Assembly (NCBI GenBank): GCA_965223905.1
Contig: CBDCXV010000010.1
Coordinates: 1,856,001-1,920,000, forward strand
Reading direction: 5' to 3'
DNA length: 64,000 bases
From: Candidatus Latescibacterota bacterium
GTDB lineage: Bacteria > Latescibacterota > UBA2968 > UBA8231
Each line of letters starts with the position of its first letter. Position 1 is the first letter of the stretch. A program made the translations under genes and the position numbers. Of the stretch, positions 1 to 10,687 are shown piece after piece. A model generated the notes under the pieces. That model ran no database searches and had not been told where the DNA came from. It worked only from the letters and a program-made list of their open reading frames with translations.

Positions 1-318
1 ACAGTCGGGCTCGGAGACCCGACGAGATGTTGCGGAACAGAGCATTGCTCGGACCCGATCGGTCCTTGTAGATTTCGACGGTAGAGCCGTTGACGGCGAG
101 GAGCAGACCGCCGCACCGACACGGCCGACACGAAGGAGGGGGGACGAAAGGATGGACACTGGCTTGCTAAAGGCTCTGGCCGGCCCGCTCCTCGGGCTCG
201 GGGTTGTCACCGCTGCGGTGGCGGGCCCGGAGGCGAGCGCCTGGCCGTTGCGCCCGCCGCCCCCTCACGACCGTTGCCACCGCCGCCGCCTCGCGACGTA
301 CCACCAGCCACGCCCCCG

Positions 319-2283
319 ATGACGGCCCCTCCGCGGGGGGACCGACAGCACGAGCGGGATCTGCAGGGGATACCGCTGCGGGGCATCTTGATCGGGGCGG
401 TGCTGGCCCTGGTTCTCAGCATTTGCGATACCTACGCGACGAATGCGATCCAGGGCTCCTACCTGACCCTGAACTTCAGCACCCCGGCTGCCCTCTTCTT
501 CATCTTCTTCCTCGTCCTGGCCAGCGGCGCGGTCGGCCTCCTCCACCGATGGCTGACCCTGACCCGGGCAGAGCTGATCACGATCTACATCATGCTGGTG
601 GTGGCCTGCTGCATCCCCGGCATGGGCTTCACCCAGTTCATGATCCCCTGCCTCCTCGGGTCGACCTACTACGCCACGCCCGAGAACGACTGGGACGGAC
701 TCTACAACCAGTACATCCCCGAGTGGATGATCCCGCGCGGCGAGAACGTGGCGCGCTACTTCTTCGAGGGACTGCCCGAGGGAGCCTCGATCCCGTGGGG
801 AGCCTGGGTCGTTCCTCTGGGCCTGTGGTTCGGCTTCTTCCTCGCCCTCGGTTTGGCGATGATCTGCACGATGGTCATTCTTCGCAGGCAGTGGGTCGAC
901 AACGAAAAGCTCAGCTATGCCCTGGTGCAGGTGCCGATGGAGATGATCCAGCGGGAGGATGGCGGCGCCGTGGGTCGCTCGTTCTTCACCAACAAGACCA
1001 TGTGGTTGGGGTTTGCCTTCTCCTTCCTGCTGTTGAGCGTCAACGGGTTGCACTCCTACTACCCCGAGTTTCCCTATTTCACGCGCTGGTTCGGGCTGCC
1101 CCTGTTCGGCAACTCCTGGCTCAGCTTCTATTTCAGCCCACCGTGGACCGGGTTCTTCTATTTCGTCAACCTCGACATCCTGGCCTCGATCTGGGTCTTC
1201 TACGTCCTCCTCAGGCTGCAGAAGGGCATCTTCAACACGCTCGGCGTGCAGAGCACGCAGCGGGTCGACTTCTACTCAAGGGAAGACGCCTTCCTCGCCC
1301 ACCAGGGCTTCGGGGCGATGATCGCCTTCGTCGTCGTCGGTCTGTGGGTGGCGCGCCGGCATCTGCGCGACGTGGTGGCGAAGGCCGTCGGCGGGTTGCG
1401 GGAGGTCGATGACAGCGGCGAGATCCTCTCCTACAGGCAGGCGTTTTTCGGGCTGGTCGCGGGCCTGCTGGCCGTCGCCGTCTGGCTGTGGATGATCGGC
1501 CTGCCCTTTCCGGTGGCGGTGCTGTTCGTCTTCGGCGCCATGGTCCTGTTCCTGGGCCTGACCCGGGTGGTGGCCGAGGGCGGCATCCCGACTATGCGGC
1601 CGCCCTTGATGAGCTCGACCTTCGTCATCACGGCGGTGGGCACCGCCAACATCGGCGCCCCGGGGTTGGTGGCGCTCGGCTTCTCCTACGGCTGGCACGC
1701 CGAGGTTCGCTCCTTCGTAATGTCCTCGGTCGCCAACGGGCTGAAGATGAGCGAGATCATCCGCGGCCCGAAGCGCCGGTTGTTCTGGGCCATTGTGGTG
1801 GCCGTTCTGGTCACCCTGGCCGGCTCCTCCTACGTCACCCTGGTCATGGCCTACGAGCACGGCGGCATCAATCTCAACTCCCTGTTCTTCTCTTGGCAGT
1901 CCACCCATTTCGGACCCATGGACATGTCCCCGCGCATCGCCGCCGATCCCGAGGGCCCGCGCTGGGACGCCTGGCAGTTCATGGGCATCGGCGCGGGCGT
2001 GATGTCGGTGCTCATGTGGGCGCGCCACCAGTTCGTGTGGTGGCCCTTGAGCCCCCTCGGGTTCGCAATCGCCGCCAACTGGAAAACGGGCCACATCTTC
2101 TGCAGCGCCCTGCTGGCCTGGCTCCTGAAGCTTGGAATCCTGCGCTACGGCGGCGTGCGCCTGTATCGCAACCTGCGTCCCTTTTTCCTGGGCCTGATCC
2201 TGGGCGAAATCGTCGCCGCCGGTCTGTTCCTGATACTCGATTACTTCACCGGCCACACCGGCAGCTTTCTGACCCAGGTCTGA
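319..2283 (+). CDS. OPT-like multi-pass membrane transporter (DUF6785/DUF6784-type), copy 1
   Basis: ~655-aa hydrophobic ORF with family motifs YYATPEN, LSYALVQVP, WWPLSPLGF and RPFFLGLILG. Start placed at ATG 319; the ORF track starts at 274. Confidence 0.8.
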   Translation: MTAPPRGDRQHERDLQGIPLRGILIGAVLALVLSICDTYATNAIQGSYLTLNFSTPAALFFIFFLVLASGAVGLLHRWLTLTRAELITIYIMLVVACCIPGMGFTQFMIPCLLGSTYYATPENDWDGLYNQYIPEWMIPRGENVARYFFEGLPEGASIPWGAWVVPLGLWFGFFLALGLAMICTMVILRRQWVDNEKLSYALVQVPMEMIQREDGGAVGRSFFTNKTMWLGFAFSFLLLSVNGLHSYYPEFPYFTRWFGLPLFGNSWLSFYFSPPWTGFFYFVNLDILASIWVFYVLLRLQKGIFNTLGVQSTQRVDFYSREDAFLAHQGFGAMIAFVVVGLWVARRHLRDVVAKAVGGLREVDDSGEILSYRQAFFGLVAGLLAVAVWLWMIGLPFPVAVLFVFGAMVLFLGLTRVVAEGGIPTMRPPLMSSTFVITAVGTANIGAPGLVALGFSYGWHAEVRSFVMSSVANGLKMSEIIRGPKRRLFWAIVVAVLVTLAGSSYVTLVMAYEHGGINLNSLFFSWQSTHFGPMDMSPRIAADPEGPRWDAWQFMGIGAGVMSVLMWARHQFVWWPLSPLGFAIAANWKTGHIFCSALLAWLLKLGILRYGGVRLYRNLRPFFLGLILGEIVAAGLFLILDYFTGHTGSFLTQV

Positions 2284-2387
2284 GCGCCTTCCCTGTTCCG
2301 CTCAGCGACATTGGCCTATCGTTAGCCGCTCGCAGATGCCGGCACAGCTTGTCGGCTAGGTAACGCCCGAGTAAGGAAGGACTGGAA

Positions 2388-3878
2388 ATGGCCAAGAGAA
2401 AGACAGCGAAGGCGACTAAGAAGAAGAGGACGGCCAGCAAGGCCCGAGCGGGAGCAGTCCCAACGGGCGTCATCGAGCTGGGTGACCGGCGCGAGCTGTT
2501 CGTCGACGACTACCTGATCGAGAGGCTTCGCGGCGTCGAGCTGCGCCTGCAGAAGCCGGTGCCGCGGAACGTGGCGATCGAGCACGACGCGCCCTGGGAG
2601 GGCAACACCAGCGGCTACCACACCGTGTTCCAGGACGGCAACTTGTTTCGCATGTACTACCGCGGCTCGCATTACCACGACGGAGGCTACAGGCCGGTAG
2701 TCTGTTACGCCGAGAGCCGTGACGGTATCGAGTGGTACCGGCCGGAGCTGGGCCTGGTGAGTTACATGGGCTCGACGCGCAACAACATCATCTGGGACGG
2801 CCCCGCCTCGCTCAACTTCACCCCCTTTCGTGACCGCAACCCGGACTGCCGCAAGGGCGAGGAGTACAAGGCCCTGGGCAGCCCGTCCGCGGCCAATCAC
2901 GAGGAGCAGGCCCTCCTCGCCTTCAAATCGCCCGACGGCGTGCACTGGAGCCTGATATCCGACAAGCCGGTGATGGACCACACGATGGGTACCAACGTCT
3001 TCGACTCGCAGAACACGACCTTCTACGACCGGCGACGCGGCTGCTATGTCGGATTTTACCGCGACTCCATCTACCCCGACGGCGTGCGCTATCGCCAGAT
3101 CATGACGACGACCTCGAAGGACTACCGCCGCTGGACCAAGGGCCAGCTGCTCGACTACGGTGAGGCGCGCCTCGACCACCTCTACACCAACGCGGTGACA
3201 CCTTACTACCGGACTCCGCATATCTACGTCGGCTTCCCCAAGCGTCTCATGCCGGATCGCAGCGTCGTCGGCAACATGGCGATCGGCCTGTCGGACGGCG
3301 TGTTCATGAGCAGCCGCGACGGCCTGCATTTCAAGCGCTGGGACGAGGCCTTCGTGCGCCCCGGGCTTCAGCGGGAGCGCTGGGAGACCCGGAACAACAT
3401 GACGGCCTGGGGTATTCTGGAGACGAAGAATCACCTGGAGACAGCTCCCAAGGAGCTGTCCATTTTCACCAGCGAGTCGTATTACAGTAACGAAGTCGCC
3501 GGCCTGCGACGCTTCACGCTGCGCATGGACGGCTTCGTTGCCGCCAACGCGCCCCTCCGTGGGGGCGAGCTGATCACCCGGCCCTTCACCTTCTCGAGCC
3601 CGGCGAAGGCCCTGAGTCTGAACGTCAGCACCTCTGCCGCCGGCTCCGCCCGCGTCGAGATCCAGGACGCCGACGGCAAGGCACTGAAGGGGTACAGCCT
3701 CAGCGACTGCGACGAGATCTTCGGTGACTACCTGGACCACACCGTCACCTGGAACGGGGCCGGCGACGTCAGCGCTCTGATCGGTAAGCCCTTGCGCCTG
3801 CGCTTCGCACTGAGCGACGCCGACCTGTACAGCATGCAGTTCAGGCGGCTCCGAGGTAGAGATGAGTCCAAGGTGTAG
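2388..3878 (+). CDS. GH32/GH43-like beta-propeller protein with C-terminal beta-sandwich
   Basis: RRELFVDD, YAESRDGIEW, FDSQN, SRDGLHF, LRMDGF and ADLYSMQF motifs; AAGGA RBS upstream. Confidence 0.7.
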   Translation: MAKRKTAKATKKKRTASKARAGAVPTGVIELGDRRELFVDDYLIERLRGVELRLQKPVPRNVAIEHDAPWEGNTSGYHTVFQDGNLFRMYYRGSHYHDGGYRPVVCYAESRDGIEWYRPELGLVSYMGSTRNNIIWDGPASLNFTPFRDRNPDCRKGEEYKALGSPSAANHEEQALLAFKSPDGVHWSLISDKPVMDHTMGTNVFDSQNTTFYDRRRGCYVGFYRDSIYPDGVRYRQIMTTTSKDYRRWTKGQLLDYGEARLDHLYTNAVTPYYRTPHIYVGFPKRLMPDRSVVGNMAIGLSDGVFMSSRDGLHFKRWDEAFVRPGLQRERWETRNNMTAWGILETKNHLETAPKELSIFTSESYYSNEVAGLRRFTLRMDGFVAANAPLRGGELITRPFTFSSPAKALSLNVSTSAAGSARVEIQDADGKALKGYSLSDCDEIFGDYLDHTVTWNGAGDVSALIGKPLRLRFALSDADLYSMQFRRLRGRDESKV

Positions 3879-5235
3879 CACGCACATCTTCGCTGACGAT
3901 GCCATGGTCGCCCACACCGACAACGTCTGGCGTTCGCTCCATCACCCCGTCAAACACCGGGACAACCCGGTACTCGTCGCCGACCAGGACTGGGAGGGCT
4001 ATGTGGTCCTGCAGCCGGGAACGGTCGTCTATGACGAGGACAACGAGCGCTTCCAGATGTGGTACAACTCCCAGCCGAGTCGAGAGAAGCCGGACGCCGG
4101 GTATAACCTCTGCTACGCGACCTCGACCGACGGCCTCCATTGGGACAAACCGGAGCTGGGCTTCGTCGAATTCGAGGGCTCGACGGCGAACAACATCCAG
4201 CTCCAGAACGTGTCGTGGACCCATTGCGTCCTCAAGGACGATGCGGACGCCGACGCCGACAGGCGGTACAAGCTGCTCTACTGGCCAGTGGATGGGTCTG
4301 GGATCTACGCGGGCTTCTCACCCGACGGTGTGCATTGGAAGTTGTGCGAGGAAAACCCGGTAGTGCCGAGACGCGCCACCGGCGACACCTGCAGCGTCAT
4401 GCGGGATCCGGTGTCAGGCCAGTATTGGCTCTATCACAAGGTTCGCACACCGTCCCGGCCGATCCGCATGGTCGCCCGGATGGTGAGCGACGACTTCGTG
4501 CACTGGGAGCAGAGCCGCCTCGTACTGGCACCGGATGCATTCGACCCGCCAGACACCCAGTTCTATGGTATGTCGGCCTTTCCCAATGCGGGCCAGTACC
4601 TGGGTCTACTGTGGGTCTACCACACCTACCCGGGGACGTTGGATGTGCAGGTCGTGTCCAGTCGAGACGGCCTGAGCTGGGATCGGACGGCGGACCGCAA
4701 GCTGTTCATGCACCTGGTGCCGACCAACGAGTACCACGGTGGAGCGTTCGATTCAGCGCAGATCTATCCGTCGACAGTGCCGGTGGAAAGAGACGGCCGA
4801 CTCTGGCTGTACTACTGCGGTCTAACAGTGCCCCACAACGCGCTGGCCGTTGATCAGGACGGCCGCATCGGTCTGGCCACTTTCCGCCTTGATGGCTTCT
4901 GCTCGCTCGATGCCACGAGTCCGGGAACTGTCCTCACGCGTCCCTTTACGTGGAACGGGAGCCAGCTGCGGCTGAACGCCGCCACCAGTGGCCCGAATCC
5001 AGAGCTCTCGACTGGCGGTGGAGTCAGAGTGCAGATCGAGGATGAACGAGGCCAGTCCATTCCCGGGTTTGCCGCTGCAGACTGCACCCCTTTCTGCGGC
5101 GACGAGACGGACGCCCTCATCGATTGGGGCGGAAGAAGCGATCTGAGTGAACTCGTGGGGCGGGTCGTACAATTACGCTTCGAGATCGAGGCTACGAACC
5201 TGTATTCCTATCGCCTCTGCGACCAGCAGACCTAA
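3862..5235 (+). CDS. GH32/GH43-like beta-propeller protein
   Basis: YATSTDGLHWDKP, SRDGLSW, RLDGF and LYSYR motifs; paralog of 2388-3878. Confidence 0.7.
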   Translation: MSPRCSTHIFADDAMVAHTDNVWRSLHHPVKHRDNPVLVADQDWEGYVVLQPGTVVYDEDNERFQMWYNSQPSREKPDAGYNLCYATSTDGLHWDKPELGFVEFEGSTANNIQLQNVSWTHCVLKDDADADADRRYKLLYWPVDGSGIYAGFSPDGVHWKLCEENPVVPRRATGDTCSVMRDPVSGQYWLYHKVRTPSRPIRMVARMVSDDFVHWEQSRLVLAPDAFDPPDTQFYGMSAFPNAGQYLGLLWVYHTYPGTLDVQVVSSRDGLSWDRTADRKLFMHLVPTNEYHGGAFDSAQIYPSTVPVERDGRLWLYYCGLTVPHNALAVDQDGRIGLATFRLDGFCSLDATSPGTVLTRPFTWNGSQLRLNAATSGPNPELSTGGGVRVQIEDERGQSIPGFAAADCTPFCGDETDALIDWGGRSDLSELVGRVVQLRFEIEATNLYSYRLCDQQT

Positions 5236-5320
5236 GGAGCCCGTGGCCGAGGACATCCTGTCCTCCGTCCATTTGGGCTGAGACCGGCCATTGCACCACG
5301 GGCCCCTGGCGCCGACCCAC

Positions 5321-6778
5321 TCACGGAAATTGATAACCAGCGTTGTTGATGTTGAAAGGCCACAGCCTCAGCATCCTTCCGAGCCGGATTGTGCTAACTG
5401 CGCTCAGATCTATGCGCAATTCCCGTTTGAGTGATGGATCATCAAAATCCAGTCTCCTGTTCGCCAACAGATACCTCTCATCTAAAATGATGTTAGTCAG
5501 GTGGCTGGCGATCAGATAATCCCCTGGAACAGTTGGATGCAGGTGTTCGAAGAACACGGGCTTGCCCATCACAGAATCAGCATGGTGATCCTCGAACACC
5601 GCTTCGAAATCGGCTAATACGACGTCCGCTTCCTCAGCAACTCGCCTTATGGTTTCGTTGACCGCCGATGGGGCTCTGATCGGCAGGACATCCAGGTCCC
5701 TTGCTGTCCTGAAGGATCGTTCAGCCTGGTCTCGATGCCCCATGGCAAGGTAGACGTGACCCAGATCGAAATGAGTCTGGGCGTGATCCGGGAAAAGCTC
5801 GATCGCTGTCTGATAGATACGCTCCGACTCCTCCAGATGATTTCGCTCAAAGGCAGCCTTGCCGCTCTCCAGTAGCTGTTGCCATCGGGCGACATCGAGC
5901 GCATCGGGCGGTGGTTCTGAATCGAACGGGCGCCAATCTCGCAGGTTCGAAACGATCGTGCCTACGATCACGGGGATCTGATGATGGTCTGCGATGGAGA
6001 GAATTTCATGGAGATTGCCGGTAAAATTCTCGATAGCCTGCTCCCGCAACGGGTGACGAGGAGCGAGAGAGCTGTTGACCATCCTTTTGTATGGCGACCG
6101 TTCCTTTCCGGAATGTTCGACGGGAGAAGCTCTAAATGATGAGTAGAGGTTGTTTGCCAGCTGGAATATCTTGAACTCACGCAATCGCAAAACCAGGTTG
6201 ATCACATGGCGGGACGTGCCCAGCGCCACTTTCGATCCCACCCCGAGTGGTCCGTAGATTTCGTTGTGCCCCATATATATGACCAGGAGGTCCGGATCGT
6301 ATTGGGGAAGCTTTTTGGCGATGTCGAGGACCTGATAGCTGTTGAAGGTGGTTATTCCCAGGTTCACGACTTCTGCAACTTTATTCACTTCGGAGCGGAT
6401 CAATAGTTCGTTTAGTATTGCGGGGAATGGCCCTCCTGTCGTTGATCCTCCAAGGCAGAAAACGCGAAAGTCCTCGTCTGATTTCTGCTGCTTCATCCTG
6501 ATCCTGGGAATCAGGCCTTTGACCATCGGATCATCAGTCGGGTAATATTTGCGGTGCAACTCTTGATTGAGCTGGTAAGTTGCAGTGGAGCGTTGATGCC
6601 GGGTCTGGCCGGCAGGGATGAACAGCCTTTCATCGAGGCCGTACCCCGTGTGTCGCAAATAGATCTCGAGGCCTGTCAGCAGCAGAAAGGGGGTGACAAC
6701 CAGAAGGATGTCCACAAGTACTATGGTCTTTCTGGACCATCTCACGGTTTGTCCGGTTTGTGTCTGCATCATCCACAC
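5321..6778 (-). CDS. Membrane-anchored SGNH/GDSL hydrolase with TPR repeats
   Basis: N-terminal TM helix, GGSTT, GHNE, EHLHP and a TPR-like segment; lower GC than the flanks. Confidence 0.75.
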   Translation of the reverse strand: MWMMQTQTGQTVRWSRKTIVLVDILLVVTPFLLLTGLEIYLRHTGYGLDERLFIPAGQTRHQRSTATYQLNQELHRKYYPTDDPMVKGLIPRIRMKQQKSDEDFRVFCLGGSTTGGPFPAILNELLIRSEVNKVAEVVNLGITTFNSYQVLDIAKKLPQYDPDLLVIYMGHNEIYGPLGVGSKVALGTSRHVINLVLRLREFKIFQLANNLYSSFRASPVEHSGKERSPYKRMVNSSLAPRHPLREQAIENFTGNLHEILSIADHHQIPVIVGTIVSNLRDWRPFDSEPPPDALDVARWQQLLESGKAAFERNHLEESERIYQTAIELFPDHAQTHFDLGHVYLAMGHRDQAERSFRTARDLDVLPIRAPSAVNETIRRVAEEADVVLADFEAVFEDHHADSVMGKPVFFEHLHPTVPGDYLIASHLTNIILDERYLLANRRLDFDDPSLKRELRIDLSAVSTIRLGRMLRLWPFNINNAGYQFP

Positions 6779-6836
6779 CTTGCAGAAGAGCTACCCAAGT
6801 GCACGCCTTCGATCAACATATACGAGTGGGGATCGC

Positions 6837-6973
6837 ATGATCAAGCAAGTTTGTATAGCACTGATGGCCGGGTTGTTGACCACCTCATCGAGTCAGGCCC
6901 TGCAACGCACCGACACTGAGTTCAAGATCTTCCAGTTCCCCCATGACATGATTCCCCGCATCGACGGTAACAC
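6837..6973 (+). pseudogene. 5' fragment of a secreted PKD-domain family gene, cut by an IS110 end
   Basis: Signal peptide plus ALQRTDTEFKIFQFPHDMIPRIDG, matching the fragments at 23518 and 61345. Confidence 0.7.
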
Positions 6974-8172
6974 ATACTCTTAGGCGAACAAAGAGGGCTT
7001 CTCTTTCAGATATTCGGAGGTGTCCCAAAAAGACCCTCAAAGACGTGTACCCCACGTCTGTCTCTGATAGGAGAAGCCCGAGATGAAATCTACCAAGATG
7101 ACGACGGCCGTCCAACTCGATCAGGTCCTCGACCTGTGCGTCGATGTCAGCAAGAGCAAGCTCAATGTCTACTTCGAATTGGGCGACGAGGCCTTCGATG
7201 ACGAATGGCCCAATACGACCCGGCAGATCGAGAAGAAACTGCGCGCGTGTCGGCGTCTGGCAACCGAGCACGGTTTCAAAACTCTACGAGTCATCTGCGA
7301 GCCTTCCGGCGGTTACCAGCACAAGCTGTTGCACACCGCGCGACGACTTGGTCACCTCACCGCGTACGTCAGCGGAGAGGCTGTCGCCAAGTTTCGTGTC
7401 GTCGAGACCAACGACAACGGCAAGACGGATCTCAAAGATCCACACATCATGAATACGCTAGCGCGGCTCAACAAAGTCCTCCGGCACCGAGATCTGCCTG
7501 AGGAGTATCAGCTACTGCGCAAATGCGGCGTCCTTTACGATCGGGCCGACCGTGCGATCGTTGCGGTACGCGGCAGACTCTGCACCACGCGTTGCTGGAG
7601 CTGTTTTGCGACTACTCCTTCAAGAAGGACTTCCTCTACAGCATCTCGGGTCGCGCCTTGATGGACAAATACGGCTGCAACCCCTATCGCATCCTCCGCG
7701 CAGGCCGTACCCGCTTCGAGCGGGCCATGCGACGGCGAGCACCGCGTATCCGACAGCACTCGCTGGATCGGCTCTGGGAGGACGCCACCGCCTCGAGCCG
7801 TCATCAGTTTACCCCCGAATACGCCGAGCTGCTCGAGCTCGAGGTCTGCCAGCTGTGGGAGGAATTCCTGCTCCATGAGCAACGCAAGACCACCTTGGGA
7901 AAACGCTTGATGGCACTCTTGCGAGCCTTGCGAAAGAAGGAGCCGAGCGTACCCGCTCCGACGCCAGGCGTCATCAGTGCCAAGAATCTGGCTCGCCTCA
8001 TCGCTGAAATCGGACCGTTCAGCGACTTCACCAGCTGGCGCATGCTCCTGCGCTACGCCGGACTCAATATCCAGATGCGCCAGTCGGGCCAGTATCGAGG
8101 GCAAAACAGGATTTCCAAGAAGGGACGACCGCTACTGCGAAAAATTCTCGGCCAGGTTATTCTACCCCTGGT
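6974..8172 (+). mobile_element. IS110-family element remnant: structured left end plus frameshifted, 3'-truncated transposase (7083-8172)
   Basis: DEDD motifs VDVSK, CEPSGGY and KTDLKD; C-terminal LRYAGL..QSGQ..ISKKG; extra CT near 7578 shifts the frame; homology stops at GQVILPLV. Left boundary approximate. Confidence 0.8.
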
Positions 8173-8265
8173 AAGGCCTTTGTTTTCGGTATACGTGAGA
8201 GTGTCCATCAGCTCGCGGCGACGACCCGGTCGCCTTCGCGCGACGAGTATTCCGGAACGGGGTCC

Positions 8266-9384
8266 TCAACTCGCCGGAGGGTTGGCCAGAACCTCTCGCA
8301 GGCACCTGGCCACCGTCTCCAGCTCCGATTCGTCGAGCTGCGCGACATCGACCCGCAGGCCGCGATCTGATCCGGAAAGCGACACCGCTGGGCTCCCGGC
8401 TTCGAGAAGCTCGGCGATGCGATCTCCTCCGAGCGCAAAGTCCGGCGCCAGCTCGATGTAGACGCGGGGCAGCACCGGCCGCGTACGCGGATCGGCCATC
8501 CGCTTCTCAGCCGCTACTCCGCCGATGCCCTCCAGCGCGGCAACGATGAAGTCGGAACGCCGTCCCAGCTCCGCCGTCTCCTCCTCCTCATCGATCGCCA
8601 CGAATCGCTCCAGGGCCACCACCAGCGCCGCGATGTCCTCCTTGCCCACTTTCATGCCCCGAGCAATGGAGCTCACCGGGTTGCCGTTGATCCTGCAGGC
8701 GGCGATCAGGTCGGCGTCACCCAGTATCAGTCCGGTCGCCTGCGGGCCGCGAATCCCCTTGCCGCCGCTGAAGACCACTAGGTTGGCTCCGTCGGCGAGC
8801 GGCTGGGTCAGGTTGCGCCGCGGCGGGAGCTCCGCGGCGGCGTCGACGATGAGCGGGACGCCGGCCGGACGCGTGACGGCGGCGATCTCGGCCACCGTGG
8901 GAGCCTCGTGCATCAGGAAGATCTGCACCGCCGCGGTCTTCTCGCCGATCGCGCCGGCCACGTCCTCGGCCGTCAACGAGGAGTTCGACCTGACCTCGAC
9001 GATGTGGGCACCGGTCGCCCGCATGCCCTGGGTGATGTAGTTGCCGGGACCGGAGGCGCGGGCGATGATCTCGTTCTTCCAGCCTTCCGTCATCGGCAGC
9101 TGGCGCACCCTGTCCCCGTCGGTGCCGGTCAGGCAGGCGGCGGTCGCCTGCACCATGCCGCCGGCCGCGCCCGAGCAGATACAGCACGCCTCGACGCCCA
9201 CCAGCCGGGCGATGTGGGCGCCCGCCCTGTCGAGCAGCTCCTCCAGCTCCACGAAGCAGCGTCCGGCCTCGGCCATCGCCTCGTATGCTTCGGGCGGCAT
9301 CCGCGAGCCCCCCATGGTAGTCACGAAGCCATAGCTGTTGATGTACTTGCGGACGCCGAGCCGGTCGTAGATATCCATCGCCAT
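8266..9384 (-). CDS. SelA-like PLP-dependent enzyme (DgaE/D-glucosaminate-6-phosphate ammonia-lyase-like)
   Basis: TTMGGS, SGAAGG, VDAAAE, FSGGKGIRGPQ and RGMKVGKE motifs. Confidence 0.8.
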   Translation of the reverse strand: MAMDIYDRLGVRKYINSYGFVTTMGGSRMPPEAYEAMAEAGRCFVELEELLDRAGAHIARLVGVEACCICSGAAGGMVQATAACLTGTDGDRVRQLPMTEGWKNEIIARASGPGNYITQGMRATGAHIVEVRSNSSLTAEDVAGAIGEKTAAVQIFLMHEAPTVAEIAAVTRPAGVPLIVDAAAELPPRRNLTQPLADGANLVVFSGGKGIRGPQATGLILGDADLIAACRINGNPVSSIARGMKVGKEDIAALVVALERFVAIDEEEETAELGRRSDFIVAALEGIGGVAAEKRMADPRTRPVLPRVYIELAPDFALGGDRIAELLEAGSPAVSLSGSDRGLRVDVAQLDESELETVARCLREVLANPPAS

Positions 9385-9409
9385 TCTCCCGGTGGATCTG
9401 GGTAGGTCG

Positions 9410-10495
9410 CTACTTGGCGTAGCGGATCCAGATCCTCACCGACTGCAGTACCAACGCCGGCGCAGTTTCGCGACGCACCGGGCGCACCAGCAGTTCGTTG
9501 GAGCCTCTACAAAGACAGCTGGCCTCAAGCATGACTCCTTCGTATAAACCCCATTTTGAGGATGTTCAGCGATTCAGCACATTAGAGCGCCACTATATAT
9601 TGGCCAACTAAGACAAAGCATACACTATATGTTGTATGACAAACGGGCATTCTGAGCGACGTAGAGTTTTTACGAGAGAATCAAGCATGAATTCGACCGG
9701 ATCCCAATCCAGGGGCTCCGCGCGGGTTCTCGACGGGTAGAGATTCCACGCGCCGTCGTAGTGCTCCTCCGTCCACGGCTGGTCCGGAGTCCGGCGCTGA
9801 TCCCACGATAGCTCGATCCCGTTCAGCTGGACTTCGACCTCGTCCTCCTCGTCCAGCTCCGCGAAGGCCAACCCCAGCACGTAGCTCTCCAGCGCGGCCT
9901 CTGCCTCCGCCGCCGCGACATCGTCGGCCAAGTCGAAGGTGAGCCGGGCACCCTCGCCAGCGCGGGTCTCCTCCAAGCGGACCGGCAGCTGCTCCAGCGG
10001 CATGCAGTAGCGGAAGGCGTGGCCTATCTGGGAATCGACCGACGGCGGGTTCCCGTGGTCGATCTGGTACTGCTTGCTCAGCCGGGCGAGCTTCGCCGGA
10101 TCGGCCAGCTCTCCTATGGTATGCGTCTTCCAATCCGCCGACATATTGTAGAAGTTGAAGAAGTACAGCCCGTCGGCGCCGGGCGCAACCCCTCGAAGCA
10201 ACCCAGGACCTGGCATCCCGTCCCCTCGGCTACGGCCGCGAACTCGGCCACCTTGGCTTCGAACGGCCGGAATCCCAGTCCGGTGACCACGATGTCGACC
10301 AACCTCTCCTTTATCCAGCGCTCCGCCTCCATGCCCAGGCGCTCGGAGTCGTAGAGAGTCGAGGCGACGCGCACCTCCAGCTCCAGGGCGCGCCCCTTGG
10401 CCTTGCCGATCTCGTCCACCCGCGCCCGCAGCTGTCGCACCATGTCGGTGAGCAGATGGCGGTTGGCGTAACCCTGCTCCGGCCGGAAGACGCCG
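9410..10495 (-). pseudogene. Glycoside-hydrolase-like (GHL10/TIM-barrel-like) gene, 5'-truncated, frameshifted and MITE-interrupted
   Basis: LLTDMVRQLR..WIKERLVD..GADGLYFFNF; the reading continues across the MITE as EFMLEASCLCRGSNELL..IRYAK*. Confidence 0.6.
9533..9682. mobile_element. 150-bp AT-rich MITE
   Basis: Imperfect TIRs GACTCCTTCGTATAAAC / GATTCTCTCGTAAAAAC; flanking duplication AAGCAT (TCAAGCATGA at 9525-9534 and 9681-9690); removal restores the host frame locally. Confidence 0.75.
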
Positions 10496-10500
10496 TCCTA

Positions 10501-10562
10501 CTCGACACCAGACACCCAAGCGATTTAGACTATCTATAATGTCGCTTATCGTTCCTAACCGT
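10501..10562 (+). mobile_element. Isolated IS91/ISCR oriIS end (family A)
   Basis: CTCGACACCA..CGATTTAGACTATCTATAATGTCGCTTATCGTTCCTAACC aligns with 34335-34396; sits at the truncation point of the GH gene. Confidence 0.65.
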
Positions 10563-10687
10563 CCGCGGTGACGAGGGTTCGCTTGAAGTTCATGGCTTTG
10601 CTGAAGATTCTCTGTGACCGATGTGTTTACCTGCTCTGAAGTCTAGCGCAGTCTCCGTGCCCGCACAATCGCAAGGATCCGACTCAA

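Noticed and set aside
152-322. 56-aa ORF with RBS and signal-like start
   Set aside because: Probably another truncated gene start; no family could be recognised.
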